Virus genome (UHGV): UHGV-0298894
Source of the DNA: a virus
DNA: 10,331 nucleotides
Strand: one strand, 5' to 3'
Of this stretch, positions 6,297 through 10,331 are shown piece after piece (position 1 is the first letter of the stretch; every line of letters starts with the position of its first letter). The notes under the pieces were generated by a model. The model did not search any database. It worked only from the letters and a program-made list of their open reading frames with translations, and was not told where the DNA came from. The translations under genes and the position numbers were made by a program.

Positions 6297-6671
6297 ATGA
6301 ACGACCAGCAAATCGAAAAAGAAATCGTTGAGAAAGGCAAAACGGCACCGCGTGTAACACCCGAGAAAATTGAAGGCCTCATTTGCAGTGAGCATTTTTT
6401 CACTGCTGCGCAGGGTGACCACCAGGCTAAAGAAGATGACCTTATTTATAATCCGGAGCCTTATGTCGAAGCCACCCCTGATGCTCTGCACCTTCTCACT
6501 TTCTGCGTATTGGTACTGAAGAATGGCTTCACCGTTACCGGAGAGAGTGCCTGTGCGAGCCCGGAAAACTTTGATGCAGAAATTGGTCGGAAGATTGCCC
6601 GGCAGAATGCTGTAAACAAAATCTGGATGCTCGAAGGTTACTTGCTGAAGCAGAAGCTAAGCGAACAGTAG
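6297..6671 (+). CDS. Gp49-like protein (phage N4 Gp49 / Sf6 gp66 family), 124 aa
   Basis: Family assignment is from memory of the Phage_gp49_66 family and the Sf6-like genomic context. AGGGG lies upstream of the ATG. Confidence 0.55.
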   Translation: MNDQQIEKEIVEKGKTAPRVTPEKIEGLICSEHFFTAAQGDHQAKEDDLIYNPEPYVEATPDALHLLTFCVLVLKNGFTVTGESACASPENFDAEIGRKIARQNAVNKIWMLEGYLLKQKLSEQ

Positions 6672-6774
6672 TTATTACAAAAGCCATTCCCTACAGAGTG
6701 GCTTTGATAATGGCTTATACCCTACACGGGATAACTTAACTGATATCCCTTTTAACGGATAAACGGAGCCAACA

Positions 6775-7017
6775 ATGGCAGAGATTATTCCCATGACTGA
6801 AGAACAGAAATTCCAGTTAGAGATTTACAAACTGGTCATGAACCAGAACGCAGCCGCAGAAGAAGCATTTCAGTTCATTGGCACTGACGAGCTGAAGCTT
6901 GAGCTATTTAAAATTCACTTCCAGTCAGGCGGCGCTAATTCAGATATCACGACCCGCACTATCGAAGCAGTGCGTAAATCGAAGGAAGCGTTAGACCTGT
7001 TCACTACCGGAGCATGA
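6775..7017 (+). CDS. Hypothetical small acidic phage protein (80 aa)
   Basis: Clean ORF preceded by GGAG, with coding-like codon usage. Its position just upstream of the small terminase parallels the orf80-type genes of P22-like phages. No function is inferable. Confidence 0.55.
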   Translation: MAEIIPMTEEQKFQLEIYKLVMNQNAAAEEAFQFIGTDELKLELFKIHFQSGGANSDITTRTIEAVRKSKEALDLFTTGA

Positions 7018-7018
7018 T

Positions 7019-7198
7019 GTGAGCCGCGTAATCAATTTTGGTAAGGAGAAGAAATTCCCAATTACTCAAGAGCTATACGAGCGGCTGGAAAGCGTCATTC
7101 ATGATTACGATGGTGAAATCAGTTTATGTGAGGCGATTGGCACACTCGAATTGCTGAAGCAGTCACTGATTGAAGGCGCGAAAGAGTCCTCAGCCTGA
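7019..7198 (+). CDS. Hypothetical small protein (59 aa), GTG start, coupled to the upstream ORF
   Basis: GTG 7019 lies 8 nt after GGAG (7007-7010) and 1 nt after the upstream stop. Translation MSRVINFGKEKKFPITQELYERLESVIHDYDGEISLCEAIGTLELLKQSLIEGAKESSA*. It fills the gap before the small terminase and is not in the ORF track (below cutoff, non-ATG start). Confidence 0.35.
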   Translation: MSRVINFGKEKKFPITQELYERLESVIHDYDGEISLCEAIGTLELLKQSLIEGAKESSA

Positions 7199-7221
7199 AA
7201 TAACAACTAAGTGAGATGAAT

Positions 7222-7644
7222 ATGGCGACTGAACCAAAAGCTGGTCGCCCCTCTGATTATATGCCGGAGGTGGCTGACGATATCTGCTCGTTGCTTTCTT
7301 CTGGCGAAAGTTTGCTGAAAGTATGTAAGCGTCCTGGTATGCCGGATAAGTCCACTGTTTTCCGCTGGTTGGCAAAGCATGAGGATTTTCGCGACAAGTA
7401 CGCGAAGGCAACTGAGGCACGAGCTGATTCTATTTTCGAAGAGATATTCGAAATTGCTGACAATGCGATTCCAGATGCTGCTGAGGTGGCAAAGGCAAGA
7501 CTTCGCGTTGATACCCGCAAATGGGCGCTGGCCCGAATGAATCCCCGTAAGTATGGCGACAAGGTAACTAACGAGCTTGTCGGTAAGGACGGCGGCGCAA
7601 TCCAGATTGAAACATCACCGATGAGCACTCTATTCGGAAAATGA
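7222..7644 (+). CDS. Terminase small subunit (Sf6 gp1-like), 140 aa
   Basis: MATEPKAGRPSDYMPEVADDICSLLSSGESLLKVCKRPGMPDKSTVFRWL... matches the Sf6 gp1 small terminase as I recall it. The track ORF starts 2 codons earlier at 7216 (MNMATEP). Its 3' end overlaps the large-terminase start. Confidence 0.85.
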   Translation: MATEPKAGRPSDYMPEVADDICSLLSSGESLLKVCKRPGMPDKSTVFRWLAKHEDFRDKYAKATEARADSIFEEIFEIADNAIPDAAEVAKARLRVDTRKWALARMNPRKYGDKVTNELVGKDGGAIQIETSPMSTLFGK

Positions 7645-9053
7645 CCTCGATTAATCCTATCTTTGAACCGTTCATTGAGGCGCATCGCTACAAAGTCGCC
7701 AAAGGCGGTCGAGGTAGCGGTAAATCATGGGCAATTGCGAGGCTGCTTGTTGAAGCGGCGCGCCGACAGCCTGTGCGTATTCTCTGCGCTCGTGAACTGC
7801 AAAACAGTATCAGCGATTCGGTAATCCGGTTGCTTGAAGACACCATCGAGCGGGAAGGGTATTCGGCTGAGTTTGAAATTCAGCGTTCAATGATTCGTCA
7901 TCTCGGAACTAATGCTGAATTCATGTTCTACGGCATCAAAAACAACCCGACGAAGATTAAATCGCTCGAAGGCATTGATATCTGCTGGGTGGAAGAAGCG
8001 GAAGCGGTAACGAAGGAATCATGGGATATCCTGATACCAACCATCCGCAAGCCGTTTTCCGAAATATGGGTGAGCTTTAACCCGAAAAACATCCTCGACG
8101 ATACCTATCAGCGATTCGTCGTAAATCCTCCCGATGATATTTGTCTGCTGACCGTGAACTACACCGACAATCCGCATTTTCCTGAAGTTCTCCGTCTGGA
8201 GATGGAAGAGTGTAAACGCAGAAATCCGACACTGTATCGTCACATCTGGCTTGGTGAGCCGGTAAGCGCAAGTGATATGGCAATCATCAAACGAGAATGG
8301 CTTGAAGCTGCAACCGATGCGCACAAGAAACTCGGATGGAAAGCGAAAGGCGCTGTTGTTTCTGCGCATGACCCATCAGATACAGGGCCAGATGCTAAAG
8401 GTTATGCATCGCGTCACGGTTCGGTAGTTAAGCGCATTGCCGAAGGTCTGCTGATGGACATCAACGAGGGTGCTGACTGGGCTACTTCGCTGGCGATTGA
8501 AGACGGCTCTGACCATTACCTGTGGGATGGTGATGGTGTTGGTGCGGGTCTACGCAGACAGACAACGGAAGCGTTCTCCGGCAAGAAAATCACCGCCACG
8601 ATGTTCAAGGGCAGCGAATCGCCATTCGATGAAGATGCGCCATATCAGGCCGGAGCATGGGCTGATGAAGTCGTACAGGGCGACAATGTTCGCACTATTG
8701 GCGATGTATTCCGCAATAAGCGAGCGCAATTCTATTACGCGCTGGCTGACAGGCTGTATCTGACATATCGGGCGGTTGTTCACGGTGAGTATGCAGACCC
8801 CGACGACATGCTGAGTTTCGATAAAGAAGCGATAGGCGAGAATATGCTGGAGAAGCTGTTTGCAGAACTGACGCAGATTCAGCGCAAATTCAATAACAAC
8901 GGGAAGCTGGAGCTAATGACTAAGGTCGAAATGAAGCAGAATCTCGGTATTCCATCTCCCAACCTGGCTGATGCTCTGATGATGTGTATGCATTGCCCGG
9001 CATTGGCCCGCGAAGAAACAGAAATATACGTTCCCTCATCCTCCGGTTGGTAA
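7641..9053 (+). CDS. Terminase large subunit (ATPase/nuclease; Sf6 gp2 / P22 gp2 type), 470 aa
   Basis: Walker A motif VAKGGRGSGKS near the N-terminus; length equals that of Sf6 gp2 (470 aa); lies directly downstream of the small terminase. Confidence 0.95.
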   Translation: MTSINPIFEPFIEAHRYKVAKGGRGSGKSWAIARLLVEAARRQPVRILCARELQNSISDSVIRLLEDTIEREGYSAEFEIQRSMIRHLGTNAEFMFYGIKNNPTKIKSLEGIDICWVEEAEAVTKESWDILIPTIRKPFSEIWVSFNPKNILDDTYQRFVVNPPDDICLLTVNYTDNPHFPEVLRLEMEECKRRNPTLYRHIWLGEPVSASDMAIIKREWLEAATDAHKKLGWKAKGAVVSAHDPSDTGPDAKGYASRHGSVVKRIAEGLLMDINEGADWATSLAIEDGSDHYLWDGDGVGAGLRRQTTEAFSGKKITATMFKGSESPFDEDAPYQAGAWADEVVQGDNVRTIGDVFRNKRAQFYYALADRLYLTYRAVVHGEYADPDDMLSFDKEAIGENMLEKLFAELTQIQRKFNNNGKLELMTKVEMKQNLGIPSPNLADALMMCMHCPALAREETEIYVPSSSGW

Positions 9054-9055
9054 AC

Positions 9056-10331
9056 ATGGCAGAGACATTAGAGAAAAAACATGAGCGGATCATGCTCAGG
9101 TTTGACCGCGCCTATTCTCCACAGCAGGAAGTGCGCGAAAAGTGCATTGAAGCTACGAGGTTTGCTCGTGTCCCCGGAGGTCAATGGGAAGGAGCAACGG
9201 CGGCTGGAACTAAGCTTGATGAGCAGTTCGAGAAGTATCCTAAGTTTGAAATCAATAAGGTAGCAACTGAACTTAACCGCATCATTGCAGAATACCGCAA
9301 TAACAGAATCACCGTTAAGTTTCGTCCTGGTGACAGAGAGGCAAGCGAAGAGTTAGCCAATAAATTAAATGGTCTGTTCCGTGCTGACTACGAAGAAACT
9401 GATGGCGGTGAGGCTTGCGATAATGCATTTGACGACGCTGCTACTGGTGGTTTCGGTTGCTTCCGTTTGACGTCGATGCTGGTCAATGAATACGACCCCA
9501 TGGACGATCGTCAGCGTATTGCTATTGAACCGATATACGACCCGTCGCGCTCTGTGTGGTTTGACCCTGACGCTAAGAAATACGACAAATCTGACGCGTT
9601 GTGGGCGTTCTGCATGTATTCGTTGTCACCTGAAAAATATGAGGCTGAATACGGAAAGAAACCTCCTGCTTCTCTGGACGTAACGTCTATGACCAGTTGG
9701 GAATATGACTGGTTTGATGCAGATGTTATTTACATAGCGAAGTATTACGAAGTTCGTAAAGAGTCTGTTGATGTTATCAGTTATCGACATCCAATCACTG
9801 GAGAGATTGCAACATACGACAGTGATCAGGTCGAAGATATTGAAGATGAACTGGCAATAGCTGGATTTCAGGAAGTTGCAAGGCGCTCAGTGAAGCGCCG
9901 TCGTGTGTATGTATCAGTAGTGGATGGTGATGGTTTCCTTGAGAAACCTCGACGTATTCCTGGTGAGCATATCCCCCTCATCCCGGTTTATGGAAAACGC
10001 TGGTTCATTGATGACATTGAGCGTGTCGAAGGGCACATTGCAAAAGCAATGGATCCACAGCGTTTGTACAACCTTCAGGTTTCAATGCTGGCTGATACTG
10101 CAGCACAAGACCCCGGTCAGATCCCTATAGTTGGCATGGAGCAAATTCGTGGACTTGAGAAGCACTGGGAGGCTCGCAACAAGAAACGCCCAGCGTTCTT
10201 GCCGTTGCGCGAAGTGAGAGATAAATCTGGCAACATTATCGCTGGAGCTACCCCGGCAGGATATACACAGCCTGCGGTTATGAATCAGGCATTGGCTGCA
10301 TTACTACAGCAAACCAGTGCTGATATTCAGG
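9056..10331 (+). CDS. Portal protein (P22 gp1 / Sf6 gp3 type), N-terminal about 425 codons; 3' end lies outside the window
   Basis: The frame from ATG 9056 is open to the window end. Translation MAETLEKKHERIMLRFDRAYSPQQE...IAKYYEV...VKRRRVYVSVVDGDGFLEKPRRIPGEHIPLIPVYG parallels conserved blocks of the P22 portal. It is not in the ORF track because no stop falls inside the window. Confidence 0.9.
   Translation, partial: MAETLEKKHERIMLRFDRAYSPQQEVREKCIEATRFARVPGGQWEGATAAGTKLDEQFEKYPKFEINKVATELNRIIAEYRNNRITVKFRPGDREASEELANKLNGLFRADYEETDGGEACDNAFDDAATGGFGCFRLTSMLVNEYDPMDDRQRIAIEPIYDPSRSVWFDPDAKKYDKSDALWAFCMYSLSPEKYEAEYGKKPPASLDVTSMTSWEYDWFDADVIYIAKYYEVRKESVDVISYRHPITGEIATYDSDQVEDIEDELAIAGFQEVARRSVKRRRVYVSVVDGDGFLEKPRRIPGEHIPLIPVYGKRWFIDDIERVEGHIAKAMDPQRLYNLQVSMLADTAAQDPGQIPIVGMEQIRGLEKHWEARNKKRPAFLPLREVRDKSGNIIAGATPAGYTQPAVMNQALAALLQQTSADIQ

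Noticed and set aside
5553-6491. Minus-strand ORFs 5553..5909, 5662..6063, 6074..6403 and 6264..6491
   Set aside because: They are antisense to the KilA-N and Gp49-like genes, Cys/Ser-rich and low-complexity, with no start-site signals.
7257-8783. ORFs within or antisense to the terminase genes (7257..7685 -, 8019..8369 -, 8077..8283 -, 8470..8763 +, 8550..8783 -)
   Set aside because: They are embedded in the strongly supported small and large terminase coding sequences; frame-shifted or antisense artefacts.
9081-10130. Small + strand ORFs 9081..9263, 9486..9683 and 9924..10130
   Set aside because: They are in frame 3 inside the portal gene, whose frame 2 is open across the whole interval; artefacts.
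1-10331. CRISPR arrays, IS elements, transposases or integrase
   Set aside because: No regularly spaced direct repeats and no transposase- or integrase-like ORFs; the only notable direct repeat is the 16-nt pair flanking the inserted segment.

Overview
This window reads as the late-regulatory, lysis and head-packaging region of a mosaic lambdoid prophage of an enterobacterium, all on the + strand. Identifications rest on reading the translated ORFs and on recalled phage lambda, P22 and Sf6 sequence; no search was run. Order: a tightly coupled nin operon (NinD-like 3' end, ninE, ninX-like, ninF, an Rha/KilA-C antirepressor, ybcO-like, rusA, ninH), the lambda-type Q antiterminator, the pR'/qut/6S RNA/tR' cassette, the lysis genes S, R, Rz with embedded Rz1, two tandem terminators, an accessory cluster (KilA-N protein, Gp49/Sf6-gp66-family protein, two small ORFs), then Sf6/P22-type small terminase, large terminase and the start of the portal gene. 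The most unusual item is a roughly 400-bp non-coding segment (3260..3659) between tR' and S. By length arithmetic against recalled lambda coordinates it is absent from lambda; it is bracketed by a 16-nt imperfect direct repeat, has no ORF longer than 35 codons on the sense strand, and is rich in hairpins. It also carries tmRNA/tRNA-like motifs in the canonical 5'-to-3' order, but I could not fold a canonical tRNA or tmRNA by eye. No stx genes, CRISPR array, transposase or integrase are present.
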